NCBI GenBank assembly: GCA_964035575.1
Contig: OZ037833.1
Span: 2,480,001-2,544,000, forward strand
Direction of reading: 5' to 3'
DNA from: Rhynchopus sp. YZ270_cl-10
Taxonomy: Eukaryota
DNA: 64,000 nt
Below, in pieces: positions 21,530 through 35,771 of this stretch; positions within the stretch are counted from its first letter, which is position 1, and the number at the start of each line of letters is the position of its first letter. Below the pieces are notes generated by a model, which saw nothing but the letters and a program-made list of their open reading frames with translations, searched no databases and was not told where the DNA came from. The position numbers and the translations under genes are program-made.

Positions 21530-24500
21530 ATGAGTTTTATGGATAAGGAAATCGCGGACCATGTTGCGCCGATCCCTGAAGATGTGTTGCAGGGGAAGAC
21601 CGGAAAGGACTTGGCCGAGGCAGAACGGGGGTATCGTGCCTTTGTGCGTCTACGTGACCAAGAGGAGCGACTGCGGCACCAGGCGTATCTGAAGGTGGCG
21701 GATTCGGTGCAGCGCTTGCTGCGGCCACCACGCCGTATACCACAACAGCTTTCCACTCAAGCAGTCAAAGTGCACATCCCCCGCGAGCTTCGCGATGTAA
21801 AGAAAGGCCTTCCCGACGTAACAAACGGCCGCGGCTACACCTCTATACACACCTCAAAGGTTAAGGAGAAGGAGAAAGAGAAGGAAAAGGAAAAGCCTGC
21901 AGACCTCACCGAGACAGACAAAAGCCACTCCTCGTCCGCCCCTGTAAAGGTCAAGGCGAAGTCGCTGACGGAGAGCATCGCAGGCTTATACACCCCATCC
22001 GCGAATGTACGGTCGAATACACGAAACCACAAGATGAATGCGCCTGGATACACTGTGACATATCGGAACACTAGGCCTCCACCGCTTCCGGAGCCGGATT
22101 TGCAGGATTCGTGCAAAGGCCAGGTAGGGGTGGATCCGCTTACGTCTCACTTCCTTCCGGTGGAGGAGTTTGACAACACAGAGTTGGAGCCATGTGAACC
22201 GCAGGATTGGGTGCTTATGGGGCGGGTCGAAGGGAAGGATGGAACCCCAGCGAGGTCGAAGTACTATGGCACGCTTTCTGATGATGGGGAGTGGAGGGGG
22301 TGTGTGGTGCGGGACTACAATGAGCATGAGAATTCATATCTTGTGGAGTGGGCGGCCGACAGCATGGTGGTGCGTGAGAGGGATGGAGCACCGCCGAAGA
22401 AGTGGGTGAAAAGGTTGAACCTTCTGTTTGACTTGGAAGATGAAGCGCAATGGAAGGAGCGACGCAGGCAGGCGGAGGAGTTGCGTGACGAAGCGGAAGG
22501 GCAACTACGAATTCACCTCTACATCCTGGGTCTGCCAGATGACATTGTTGCCCCCATCGACGAAAACCAAATCGACAAAATTCTTGCCTTAGTGGCAGAC
22601 GAATTCCCCGTAGCGCATCTCTCGGTCATTGAGAAGAGCATTTCTGAGATGCGCGACACATACGCCTTTGGTCTCAAGCACGCAATCTTCAACTACAAAT
22701 TCAAAGACCCCTCTGAAGTGCTTCGTCTCGAATCGCTCAACCTTCCCAAACCCATCCAACCCGCAATCCCTGAGCTCTCCGCGCTGTTAGGCACGGTAGA
22801 CATATTGTCCCCGAATTTTCCGTTTGCGCGGAGGTACATCGAGGAGAACCTCTTCTTCACGCATCCGTTGTTGTATTCAACGATTTTTGCGATTGTAGGG
22901 AAGTGGGAGCAGTTTGAGTGCGAGCTGCTGTGCGATGTGGAGATGGGGGAGATTACATTGCCGTGTGAGTTGGATGTGTTTAAGTTGCGGCAGAATTCGA
23001 CGGTCTCGCGGGTATCAGAGCGTTTGCAGGATGATTGGTCTGTGAACACAACGGCAACGATCTTGAACGACCTGGACGTCCACTTCAATTTCTATGAGGA
23101 TGACGCAGAGCGCTACCGTGCCTCGCGTATGTGCCGTTTCTTCCGGATGATCAACCTTGTCATGTCGTACCAACTCCGTACCCTAGTAGTGGACAGCATC
23201 AAGGCTTACACAGACTTCCTCACAAAATACAAAGTGGAATACCCAGAAGACTACGACGAAGCAGAAGATATGATTGAAGAGCCCGCCGGAGACACCATTG
23301 AGCGTGAACGCAAGGTGAACTTCCTCAAGGCAAAGGAGGAGCTTGCACACCAAGAAGAGGAAGGTGCGGCAGGGGAGGACAAGCCAGAGGAGACAAAGAA
23401 GGCGAAGACCGTTGTCGAGGACGAGGAGGAGGAGGAGGAGAGCGTCGGGGACAGGGAGTACGTCGAGGTGTGCCTCGTCAAGCTGTCGCTTGAGGTTGAC
23501 GAGGAGAAGGAGAATGTGGGGTTCACGAACCGTACCCTGCAGATGTGCACGCAGGTCAACGGAAACGCACCGCTCTTTGTCGTGAAGCTCATCTCCAACT
23601 CGTCGCAGGTTATCTTCGACCCGCTGCTGGAGGAGGTGGAGGACGCAGTGACGGGGGTCTACGAAGGCTTCTTCCAAGAGACGTCAGACATCCTCGGTGT
23701 GGGCGACAAGCTCTTCCCCTTGCTCAACCTCCGCCCCTTCGAACTCGCATCCGTATCGCGTTCGGAGCTCCCTATCGACTACGTGCACACACTCATGAAC
23801 GAGAACAAGAAGGGCCTGCGGCAGCTCCTCGCACTCTACGAAGGCTTTGAGTACCTCCTCAAGATCGACATCGAGTCCTTCATCGAAGAGTTTGAGGCAA
23901 CAAAGCCCAACCTCAGCGACTTCGCCGCACAGTTCGACCAGCTCCAGATTGATGCGGAGCGTGTGCAGAGCAGGTCGCTCAACGAGGTCTGCTTCGAGCT
24001 CATCAAGGTTGAGTGCTACGACATCAAACGCTCCCTGGGGCGCAAGATCCAAGACATCTCCAGTGCCCTGCAAGACCTCCTCGCCAAGCAGTCCAGAGGC
24101 GAATGCGAGAACTGCTCCTCCGAGTATGCACAGATCTACGCCACCATCCAAGCGCCCGTCGAAACACCCGAAGCGCTGCACAAACTCAAGCTCGAGGCCG
24201 ACCGTGTGCCCGAACGTGTGGAGAAGCTGCAGCAGACCTTCTCCAAGGTGACGGATGCGAACGCCCTGCTCGCCTTCCACAAGCACACCATCGAGGACGA
24301 CTACTTCGAGCTCTACTGGAACACTCTCGGCTGGCCGCAGCGTGTGCAGCAGGTGCTGGAGGACTCTGAGTTCAGGTACAAGGAGAACCGCCACCGCTTC
24401 ATCAACCAGCTCCGCGAGGACACGGAAGAGCTGACACGCGAGGTGACGGAGCTGCAGACGCAGGTCGACAAATGCAGCAGGTGGTCTGCAGAGAACCAGC

Positions 24501-27500
24501 TCGAGGAGTACTTCACACAGGTGCAGAAGCTGCGTTCGCAGATCGATGAGTGCGGCGAGAAGATGCTGAAGTACAACTCACGCGAGAACCTCTTCAACAT
24601 GCCGAACACGCCCTGGCACCTCAAGGAGCTTGCCGCCTCCTTCGAGCCCTACGAGCAGCTGTGGACCATCGTCAACCACGTCTCCTCCAAGTTCGAACTG
24701 TGGAACATGCGTCCCTTCGAGAACCTGCAGCCCGACGAGGTCGAGACGAACGTCATGCAGTGGGGCAAGACGCTCAACATGCTCACCCGCAAGCTCAAGG
24801 ACGAGGGGCCACTGCAGATCGCAACCAAGTTCTACGAGCAGGTGCGTGCCTTCCAGCCGCTCATCCCGCTCATCCATGCACTGCGCCACCCGGGTCTGCA
24901 GGCAAAGCATTGGAAGGAGATTGCTTCCATGGTCGGCAGCACCGACAAGGAGCTGAAGCCGCCTGAGCAGGACAAGTTCACCCTGAGGCACTTGACGGCA
25001 AACTTTGACCTGCTGTCGCACCTGCACGCTATTGAGGAGGTGTCCGACCGGGCAGAGAAGCAGCACAAGCTCGACAAGCAGCTTGCAGACATGAAGGCCG
25101 AGTGGACTCACGTGCAGTACCAGCTTGAGCCCTCTGGCGAGACGTTCCTCCTGAAGGAGGTGGACGACATCCAAGCGAAGCTGGACGACCACATTGTCAA
25201 GACTCAGACCATGCTTGGCTCGCAGCACGCGAAGGACATCAAAGACCAGGTGGAGCGCTGGGAGAAACGTCTCCTGCTCCTGCAGGCGATCCAGGACGAG
25301 TGGCTCAAGTGCCAGCAGCAGTGGGCGTACCTGTCCCCTATCTTCTCGGCCTCGGACATCCAAAAGGCGCTGCCTGGTGCGTACCAGTCCTTCTCGAAGG
25401 TGGACAAGGTGTGGTGCGAAGTGATGGAGTCCACGAAGAAGAACCCCTCTGTGATTATCAAAGCAGACGACGAGGACCTGCTGCGCAAGTTCCAGAAGGC
25501 CAACGGGCTGCTTGAGGAGATCATGAAGAAGCTGTACGACTTCCTCGAGACAAAGCGCATGGCGTTCCCGCGCTTCTACTTCATCTCGAACGATGCGCTC
25601 CTCGAGATCCTGTCCGAGTCGCAGGAGCCGACCCGTGTGCAGAAGTACCTTGCAAAGTGCTTTGAGGGCGTGAAGGAGCTGCGCTTCCGTGAGAACCTTG
25701 ACATCGACCAGATGATCTCCCCCGAAGGCGAGTGTGTCGACTTCGCAAAGAAGATGAACCCCTCTGACTGCAACAACCAGGTGGAGCTGTGGCTGGACAA
25801 GGTCGAGGAGTCGATGCGCAACTCTGTGCGCGACCATCTGTGCCGCTCCATTGACGACTATGTGAAGAAGTCGGACACGATGGAGGGGCGGTCTAAATGG
25901 CTGCTGTCGTGGCCGGGGCAGGTTGTGCTGGCGATTTCTTGTCTGTTCTGGACGCGCGAAACGGAGGAGGCGTTGACACTAGAGAAGAACGCAGGACTGC
26001 ATAAGTACGCTGTTAAATGCGATGAGCAGAAGCAGGGGCTTGTCAACTGCGTGCGTGGGAAGCTGACCCGTGTGGAGCGTGCGACCATCCAGGCGCTGCT
26101 TGTCATTGAGGTGCACAACCAGGTCATCACGAACGAGATCCGCGACAAGGGTGTGAGCGAGATGTCTGCATTTGACTGGCAGGCACAGCTGCGCTACTAC
26201 TGGGAAGACGGGAACCTGTGGGTCAAGCAGACGAACGCGATCCTCCCATACGGGTACGAATACCTCGGCAACACAGGCCGCCTGGTGATCACGAACCTGA
26301 CGGACAGATGCTACCGCACCCTCACCGGCGCACTCCACCTCAACTACGGTGGTGCCCCCGAAGGCCCTGCAGGTACTGGCAAGACCGAGACCGTGAAGGA
26401 TCTCTCGAAGGCCCTCGCAAAGCACTGTGTCGTGTACAACTGCTCCGACCAGTGTGACTACAAGATGATGGGTGCGCTCTTCAAGGGTCTCGCCCAGGCA
26501 GGGTCGTGGGCATGCCTTGACGAGTTCAACCGTATCGAGATCCAGGTGCTCTCTGTCATTGCGCAGCAGATCTCCACGATCCAAATGGCTATCGCAGACG
26601 GCCACGTTGGCGGCGAGTTTTTGTTCGAAAACGTGACCATCAAGTTGAAGCACGGATCCTCCGTCTTCATCACCATGAACCCCGGGTACGCCGGACGTGC
26701 TGAGCTGCCGGACAACTTGAAGGCACTGTTCAGACCTGTTGCGATGATGGTTCCCGACTACCGTCTTATTGGGGAAATCTCGCTGTTCTCTTGTGGGTTC
26801 CTTGAGGCACCTGCGCTTTCCACCAAGATTGTGACTACGTACAAGCTGTGCTCTGAGTCGCTTTCCTCGCAGTCGCACTACGACTACGGTATGAGGGCTG
26901 TCAAGTCTGTACTGAACGCGGCAGCACGCCTGAAGCAGGAGTACCCAGAGGAGAACGAGGCCATCCTTGTGCTGCGCTCCATCAAGGATGTCAACCTGCC
27001 GAAGTTCTTGTCGCACGACGTGCCCCTTTTCCACAACATCCTGGGCGACCTGTTCCCTGGTGTTGTCCTCGAACCACCAGACTACGAAGACTACGACCGT
27101 GCACTGAACACTGCCTGCGAGTTCTTCAACCTGCAGAACACCGAGTACTTCCGCCTCAAGGCCTACGAATGCTACGAGATGATCAACGTGCGCCACGGTC
27201 TCATGGTGGTAGGCATGTCCTTGGGTGGCAAGTCCATGATTCTCAAAAGCTTGGCCCACGCGAACACAACACTCAACGGACAAAACCTCCCAAAATCATG
27301 CCCCGAAAACAAAACCCACATCACCGTCATCAACCCGAAGGCCATCACCATGGGGCAGCTGTATGGTTGCTTTGACATTTCGAACGACTGGAACGATGGG
27401 ATTTTGGCTCGCACCTTCCGGACGCTGTCGGAGCAAACGACACCTGACCGGAAGTGGATTGTGTTGGATGGGCCTGTTGACGCCATCTGGATTGAGAACA

Positions 27501-30500
27501 TGAACACTGTACTGGACGACAACAAGAAGCTGTGTTTGGTCAACGGAGACATCATCTCCATGGGCGACACGATGAACATGATCTTTGAGGTGCAGGACCT
27601 GTTGGTCGCGTCGCCTGCCACTGTGTCGCGGTGCGGGATGATCTACACGGAGCCCGATACGTTGGGGTGGCGCTGTCTCTTTGAGTCGTGGCTGAACGTG
27701 CTGCCCGAGGGCCTCAAGAACAACGAGGTGGCGCAGCAGGTCATCACGTCGCTCATCGACACCTTCGCCGAGGGTGCGCTCTACTACGTCTCGCACTTCT
27801 GCAAGCGTTACGTGCCGCTCTCCAACTCGGTTCTCCTCGTGCAGTTGCTCAAGCTCTGGACGACCTCCTTCACAGATTTCGAAGAGGACGACGCAACCGG
27901 GAAGAAGCCCTGGCTCCAAATGGACGAAGTCGAGATCCAGAAGCGTTTGGAAGGATGGTTCCTCTTTGCACTCACCTGGGCGACAGCAGGGTCGTTGGAT
28001 GTCAAGGGACGTCTCGGGTTTGACAAATGGCTGAAGGATATGTGCGGCCTTGGCGGCGACAAGAAGGACAAGAAGAAGGACGACGAGAAGAAGTACAACT
28101 TCGCCATCTCGGTACCCGACAAGCGCTCGATGTTCGACTTTGTCTTCAACAACCAGGAGCTGCGCTTCATTGACTGGCTCGACACGCTTCCTGCGCTGGA
28201 GGTATCTCCGGAGGCGTCGTACCATCAGATCATTGTCCCTACGACCGACACTGCGCGCTACTCCTTCCTTCTGAAGATCTGCATTGAGAAGAACCTGCCG
28301 TGCCTCTACGTTGGCGAAACGGGGACCGGCAAGACCATTCTCATCAAAGACATGCTGACGAACGTCATTGACAAAGAACGCTATCTGTACCTCATGATCG
28401 GCTTCTCTGCACAGACGACCGCGAACCAGGTGCAGGACCAGATCGACGCGAAGGTGGACAAACGGCGTAAGGGGGTTTACGGTCCGCCTATTGGGAAGAA
28501 GATGTGCATCTTCATTGACGACCTGAACATGCCGCAGAAGGAAGAGTATGGTGCACAGCCGCCTATTGAGATTATCAGGCAGTGGATGGACCACAGAGGG
28601 TGGTACGAACACAAGAAGGACAACGTCGACTTCAGGGAGCTCCAGGACGTCTGCTTCATCGGTGCGATGGGTCCGCCTGGAGGCGGCCGGTCCGACATCA
28701 CCCCACGTCTGCTGAGGCACTACTGTGTGATCTCCCTGCCACCTTTCGATGACGCCACCATGAAGAAGATCTTCGCAACTCTCGTAGAGTGGATGGTCTC
28801 ACGTCCTGGATACAACGCAGTTCTCATCGGCATGGTGCCGCAAACAGTGCAAGCCTCCATCGATGTCTACAACACAATCTGCGAGAAGCTGCTCCCAACC
28901 CCAGAGAAGAGTCATTACACATTCAACCTGCGTGACATTTCAAAGGTGTTCCAGGGTATGTCCTTGGCGCCTGCATCAAGAGTGACGGATATGTCGTCGC
29001 TAAGCAGATTGTGGATTCATGAGTGCTACCGTATCTTCCATGACAGACTGGTTGAGGAGGGGGACCGGAAGTGGTTCCAGGAGTTGATGGCGACCAACCT
29101 GAAGGCGAACTTCAAGCTTGATTTCCACCAGGTCATCCCGAGGCTGCCTGTTGTGTACGCTGACTTCATGGAGACGGAGATTGATGACAGGAAGTACGAA
29201 GAGCTTGTTGACCTGGATAAGTCTCGCAAGATGCTCCAGGACTACCTGTCCACGTACAACCACACCGCAAAGAAGCAGATGGACCTCGTCATCTTCACCT
29301 ACGTGCTGGAGCACGTATCGCGCATCTCGCGTGTCATCAAGCTCCCCTTTGGACACTGCCTCCTCATCGGTGTAGGAGGGTCCGGTAGACAGTCGTGCAC
29401 CCGCCTTGCCGCATCCATCAGTGACTATAAATGCGTGCAGCCGCAGGTCACAAAGGGGTTCAGCAGGGTCGACTGGCTTGACTCGATTCGCGCCTTCTTG
29501 CGCTCCTCCGGCATCAAGAATGAGGACTCGGTGTTCCTGCTGACGGACACCCAGATTGTGCAGGAGGAGTTCCTTGAGGATATGTGCAACATCCTCAACA
29601 CTGGTGAGGTGCCGTCCCTGATGCAACCTGAGGACGTCGACGTCATTGCCGAGGCGCTGAAGAACCCATGCAAGGAGGCCGGGTGGGAGTGGCACTCCAA
29701 GGAGCACATCTACCGCTACTTTGTGGAGCGTTGCCGCTGTCTGTGTCACATTGTCATGGCCTTCTCGCCTGTGGGCGCGACACTGCGTACACGCCTTCGC
29801 AAATTCCCTGCACTGGTCAACTGCTCTACTATCGATTGGTTCACGGAGTGGCCTGTGGATGGGTTGTCCACCGTTGCAAAATCGATCTTCGAGGACGTGC
29901 AGCTCACTGACGATCAGAAGCATGCGTGCGTCGAAAGCTGCGTCCAGATGCACCGCGACACAAAGGGGATGTGCACACGCTACCTGGAGGAGGCGAGGAT
30001 GAGCACGTACGTGACACCCACGTCGTACCTTGAGCTGTTGTCCACATTCAGAAGCCTTCTCGCGAAGATGCGGTCCGAGATTTCGTCTGCAAAGCACCGT
30101 TACGACCATGGTCTGGACACACTGAAGAAGACGGAAGAAGAGGTTGAGGACAAGCAGGCTGCGCTTGAACTTCTGAAGCCGCATCTCAAGACCACGATGG
30201 CGGAGACGGCAGAGGCAGAGCTGGACATTGCGAAGCAGAAGGACGACGCAGCGGAGATCCGTGCTGTGGTTGCACGCGAGGAGGAGGAGACGTCGAAGAA
30301 GGAGTCTGAGTCGCGCGCCATTGCCGACAACTGCAACTCCGAGCTTGCAGAGGCGCTGCCCGCACTGAACAAGGCCATGGAGGCGGTGAAGAACATCGAC
30401 AAAGGACAGCTGACCCTCATCAAGGCAATGGGGTCGCCCCCCGAAGGTATCAAGATGATCATGTCCGCCGTCTGCGTTATGTTCGGTGAATTCGTCAAAG

Positions 30501-33500
30501 CAAAGAAGGACGCCTCCGGCAAGCTCCAAAACGAGATGGACCTCTACTGGGACGTCTGCAAGAAGAAGATTCTGAGCGACCTGGGGAAGTTCCAGCAAGG
30601 CATGATTTCTTTTGCTGACAAGATCGAGGCCGAGGAGGAGAAGAACATGGAACAGCGCATGGACGTCATCCAGAAGAACTACCTCAAGAAGAAGGAGTTC
30701 AACGACCTCAAGATTGTCGAGAAGCTTTCTGGTGCGCTTGTTGGGGTTGTGCAGTGGATCACAGCTTCGGAGCTGTTCTACAACGTGAACAAGAAGGTCA
30801 AACCCATGAAGGCACAACTGGCTGTGGCACAGGGCGACTTAGCGCAGGCACAGCAGGAGCTTAAGGTAAAGCGTGACGCACTGCAGAAGGTGGACGACCG
30901 TCTCAACGCACTGCAGGCCGACCTCGATGAGAAGAAGCGCCGTGGTCAGGAGCTCAAGGAGCAGTACGAGGACACATCCTCCAAGCTTGACCGCGCCCTC
31001 AAGCTTGTAAAGGGGCTTGCCGGCGAGAAGGTGCGCTACCTCGAGGAGAGCGAACGTCTTGGCGGGAAGTTTGCAAACCTGCTTGGCGACGTGGTCATGG
31101 CATCAGGACAGATCGCTTACCTTGGTCCTTTTACTTCGGGATACCGTACACAGCTTTTGGATATGTGGATTAAGATGTGCAAAGGGAAGAGCATTCAGGG
31201 GAGCGACCCGTTTTCGCTTGAAAGATTCCTTGGTGACCCGCTGAAGATTCAGAGGTGGAAGATGGCGTCCCTCCCGAGCGATTCGTTCTCTGTTGACAAT
31301 GCGGTTATGATGGCAAATACGTCGCGGTGGCCACTTCTTATTGACCCGCAGATGCAGGCCAACAACTGGATCCGCAACATGGAGCGCGACAACCGTCTAA
31401 CCTGCATCCGTCCCGAGAGCGACAAAGGCTACCTCAAGACCCTCGAGGTCGCCATCCGCTCAGGCACCCCCGTACTCATGGAGAACATCGGGGAGGAGCT
31501 CGACCCCGTCCTCGAACCACTTCTCCTGAAGCAGCTCTTCCGTGACGGTGCAGGCTTCTGTGTTCTCCTCAACGATACTGCTGTTGAATACAACGACAAA
31601 TTCCGCCTCTACATCACCACAAAAATGCCCCGCCCACACTACAAACCGGAGGTCTCCACAAAAGTGTCTGTCGTTGCGTTCATGATTACACCAGCAGGTC
31701 TGACAGATCAGATGTTGAATAGGGTAGTGTCCTTTGAAGAGAAAGAGCTGGACGACAAAAAGAAGAAGGCGGTGGAGCAGTCTGCCAAATGCAAGCAGAC
31801 CCTGAAGGACATTGAGGACGCCATTCTGCACAAATTGACGTCCGCAGCAACACCGGATGAGCTGCTTGCTTCGGAGGAGATTATCACGATTTTGGATCAA
31901 TCGCAGAAAACTTCTGAAGACATCAAAAACAAGATGCAAGACATCCAACTTGTTGAGGCACGTTTCGAGAAGGTGCAGGCTACCTTCATGCCCGTCGCAT
32001 CCCCTGCTTCAGCGCTTTTCTTCTGTATTGACCAACTCTCCAACATCGACCCGATGTATCAATACTCCCTGCAGTTCTACCTGGACCTCTTCCAGAAGTC
32101 TCTTGTTGCCAGCAAGGAGCAGGAAAACGCAGAAAATGCGGAACCCATCCCACGCGCTGTCTCCATCAACGACCACTTCACATACTCACTGTACAGGAAC
32201 ATCTGTAGGTCGCTCTTTGCGAAGGACAGAATGCTGCTTTCCTTTACGATGTCACTACGTCTCTCAGATGCCGACACAACTGACGTCCGTTTCTTGATCA
32301 CCGGAGGAATCGATGATACAAAGGGAATCCCTGAATGCCCAGAATGGATTCAAAGCACGCTCTGGAAGATGGTCTGGCGGACGCAACAGCAGGTTGGCGG
32401 GCCTTTGAAGGATCTTATAAAGAGCTTCCTCAACCCTGATACAGTGGATATCTGGAAGGCAATCTACAATAGCCCCCAGCCGCATGACATTCTGCTCCCT
32501 GAAGGGGAGGAGAAGGTGGTGGATCTGCCACCAGGGTACACAGACTGCAATGATCTTCACAAGCTTTTGATTTTGCGTGCGATTCGTTCCGATAAGATTG
32601 TGCCTGCAGTGCTTCAGTATGTCCGCAACGATCCGAAGCTGGGCGCGCAGTTTACGGACCCACCTATCTTCAACCTCGAAGAAATCTATCAGGAATCCCC
32701 TGATCCTTGGACACCTATGATCTTTGTTCTTTCGAAGGGAGCGGATCCGAATTCTGATCTTAACATGCTTGCAGACAAAGAAGGGAAGATTAACACCTTC
32801 AAGAAACTCAGTCTTGGGCAGGGGCAAGATAAAAACGCTAAGGAAGCGATTTATAAGGCAAAGAGCGATGGTTCGTGGGTGTTGTTGCAGAACTGCCATT
32901 TGTACTCTGATTGGATGCCTGAGATGCAACGTCTGATTGAACAATACTCCGATGAGAATGTCAGAGAGGACCCGAAGATTTTGAATCCAGGGTTCAGGTT
33001 GTGGCTGACCAGCATGCCTTCAGATGGATTTCCACCAGCGGTGCTACAGAATGGGGTGAAAATGGTGTTGGAACCCCCTTCTGGGCTGAGATCAAACCTA
33101 TTGAAGTCGTACAACTCTGATCCCATTAACAATGCAAAGTTCTTCCAAGGGTGTAATAAACCGCAGGCATGGAAGAAGCTTTTGTTTGGTTTGTGCTTCT
33201 TCCATTCTGCGATTCAGGAGAGACGTGCATTTGGCCCTCTCGGATGGAACATCCCTTATGAATTCAACGACACCGATCTCCGCATTTCAATCCGCCAGCT
33301 CCAAATGTTCCTCAACGAATCCTCCGATATTCCTTTGGAAGCGCTCAACTATTTAGCAGCAGAATGTAACTATGGAGGGCGTGTCACAGATGACCGTGAT
33401 AGAACCTGTTTAAAAAGCATTCTGGCAGATTTCTTCTGTGAAGACATCTTTGCAAATGAAAGCTACACCTTTTCCCCTTCAGGCGTATATCGTGCACCAG

Positions 33501-34682
33501 AGGAAGGCCCGTGGGAGGCCTACGTCGACTACATCAAACAACTGCCACAACAGCAACTTCCTGAGGTATTCGGTCTCCACGACAACGCAGACATTACAAG
33601 AGAAGAGTCTGAAACAAACCGTCTCCTCGATGCCGTTCTCTGCACTTTACCTAGACAGAGTACTTCTTCCGGAGCGGACCCGAAAACTGTCGTTCTTGGC
33701 ATTGTCATCGATATTAAAGAGCGTACCCCACCGGAATACAACCTGGAACTGCTCCTCGAAAAATTCCCGACGGACTACAACCAGAGCATGAACACAGTGT
33801 TGTTCCAGGAGTGTGTTCGGTTTAACCGTTTGGTTTCGGTGCTTCATTCGACGCTTGGTGTGTTGCAGAAGGCGATTAAGGGAGAGGTTGTGATGAGCGG
33901 AGAGCTGGAAGGCGTCTTCAACGCGATTTTTGTCAACAAAATCCCGCCGCTCTGGATGAAGAAGTCGTACCCCTCCCTCAAGCCTTTAGGAGGCTATGTG
34001 GACGACCTAATTCGACGTCTCCTCTTCCTCCAGAAGTGGTTTGATGAGGGCGCACCCTGCAAATTCTGGCTCCCAGGATTCTTCTTCCCACAGGCCTTCC
34101 TCACCGGCGTCATGCAAAACCATGCAAGAAAGCATAAACTCGAAATCGACAGATTAGATTGGGACTTCGAAGTAGTAAACGACGATCCTGACGACTTCAC
34201 GATCGAACCCCCTGCATCAGGAACCAAGGTTTATGGATTGTTTATGCAGGTATGTCAATATTTTCAATTTTTGGTTAACCAACCTATTTCTCTCCCCCTC
34301 ATATCCCCCTTTTCATTGCTTTGTGTTAACAAAAAGCAGGGCGATACTGTTACAACATTTTAACCAATATAAACTACCACAGGGTGCCGGATTTGACAGC
34401 GGGAAGAGCAACGTCATTATCGAGTCGCGTCCCAAAGAGAACTTCCAAACCTTCCCTGTCATGTTCCTCAAGCCATGCGACTCAGAGACAGCCCCTTGGA
34501 TGGGCAACCCATCTGTCTTCAAGTGCCCAGTCTACAGAACGACAGACAGAAGAGGTGTCTTGATGACGACAGGACACTCCACGAACTACGTCATGCCCTG
34601 GTTTGTACCGATCTCTGCTAGCAAGTCCGCTGACCACTGGGTGAAGAGGGGGACGGCGCTCTTCTGTTCGCTTCCCTACTAA
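21530..34682 (+). CDS. Axonemal single-headed inner-arm dynein heavy chain; exons 21530-34249, 34383-34682
   Basis: FPRFYFISN; P1 GPAGTGKTET, P2 GMSLGGKS, P3 GETGTGKT, P4 GVGGSGRQS; stalk coiled coil; WPLLIDPQ, SLGQGQ, QERRAFGPLGWNIPY. A 133-nt GTATGT...CACAG intron joins GLFMQ|GAGFD to CPVYRT..RRGVLMTTGHSTNY...HWVKRGTAL. Confidence 0.97.
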
Positions 34683-35625
34683 GTTATTTTTATTTTATTT
34701 TTTTGGTGAGAGGCTCGGGGATCTTTTTTGATATGTGAGTCATATTTCATCTTTCAAGCTTTTGTTTTTTAATTTCTTTTCTGCGAGTTGGAGGGGTTGG
34801 GGGGTATGGGAGGGTCTGGATATTCTACAAAAAAACCTAACATATAAAATAACTTTAAACCCCAATTCAGGGGGAAAATACCCTCTCCTTTGACCTCGTT
34901 TTACAACGGGCAGGGTGGGGGGGTTTTGTTTTTCCTTTTTGTTGTTTTGCATTTTTTTTTACTCTCAAAAAAGCTTTGGCACACAATAGATGGTAGTCCG
35001 GATTACTGTCTATGAAATAATACGCCAAAAAAAGTCAGATTTCTCCTTTTGAACTTGAAAGATGTGCACAAACCACAAGACCCTCTTGGAGGCTGCGTTC
35101 ATCTTCTCTTGAAGGTTCTCTTGTTTTTTGTTTTTGTTTTGTTTTTGTTGTTGTTTTTTGGTGGGTAATTTCACCTTACAGGATGTGCCCCACCCAATAG
35201 GCAAAAGGAGGCTTTTAAGGTGCTGACAAAGCCCCTTCTTATTCAGGATGACTAAGCAGGCTGAGGTTCATCTGCATCCCTTTCTCTTTCTGTGGCTATA
35301 TCCACAAAGACGCTTGTTTCAGTGTCACTTTTCTTTGTGCCTGCACGCCAATAGAACAGGGTGTCACCCACACCAATCCCTCGTGAAACGGAGCGTTTCA
35401 ACACACACAACCTTATCCATCAATTTTCCCGTAACCTTCGCCCTTTTTCAGTGAAATATAGATGAGTGCAAAAATGGGAAGCAACAGTATAACAGACTGT
35501 TCTCAGTTCTGTATTGATTTCTTTCAGTTTTTTTTCCTCTTCTTCTTTTCTTCATCATAGGAAATTGCACACATGCCTCTGCACAGAGGTTTTCTTTCTT
35601 GAGCGCTCTCATTGGAGATGAATGA

Positions 35626-35771
35626 TACATGGTACATGGTACATGGTACATGGTACATGGTACATGGTACATGGTACATGGTACATGGTACATGGTACAT
35701 GGTACATGGTACATGGTACATGGTACATGGTACATGGTACATGGTACATGGTACATGGTACATGGTACATG
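35626..35771. repeat. Perfect 7-bp tandem repeat (TACATGG) x about 21
   Basis: Directly visible uninterrupted array in the intergenic region after the dynein gene. Confidence 0.98.

Noticed and set aside
34250..34382. Apparent frameshift or truncation of dynein (likewise PITP and Cox17)
   Set aside because: Fully explained by canonical GT-AG introns; neither pseudogenes nor non-canonical introns are needed.
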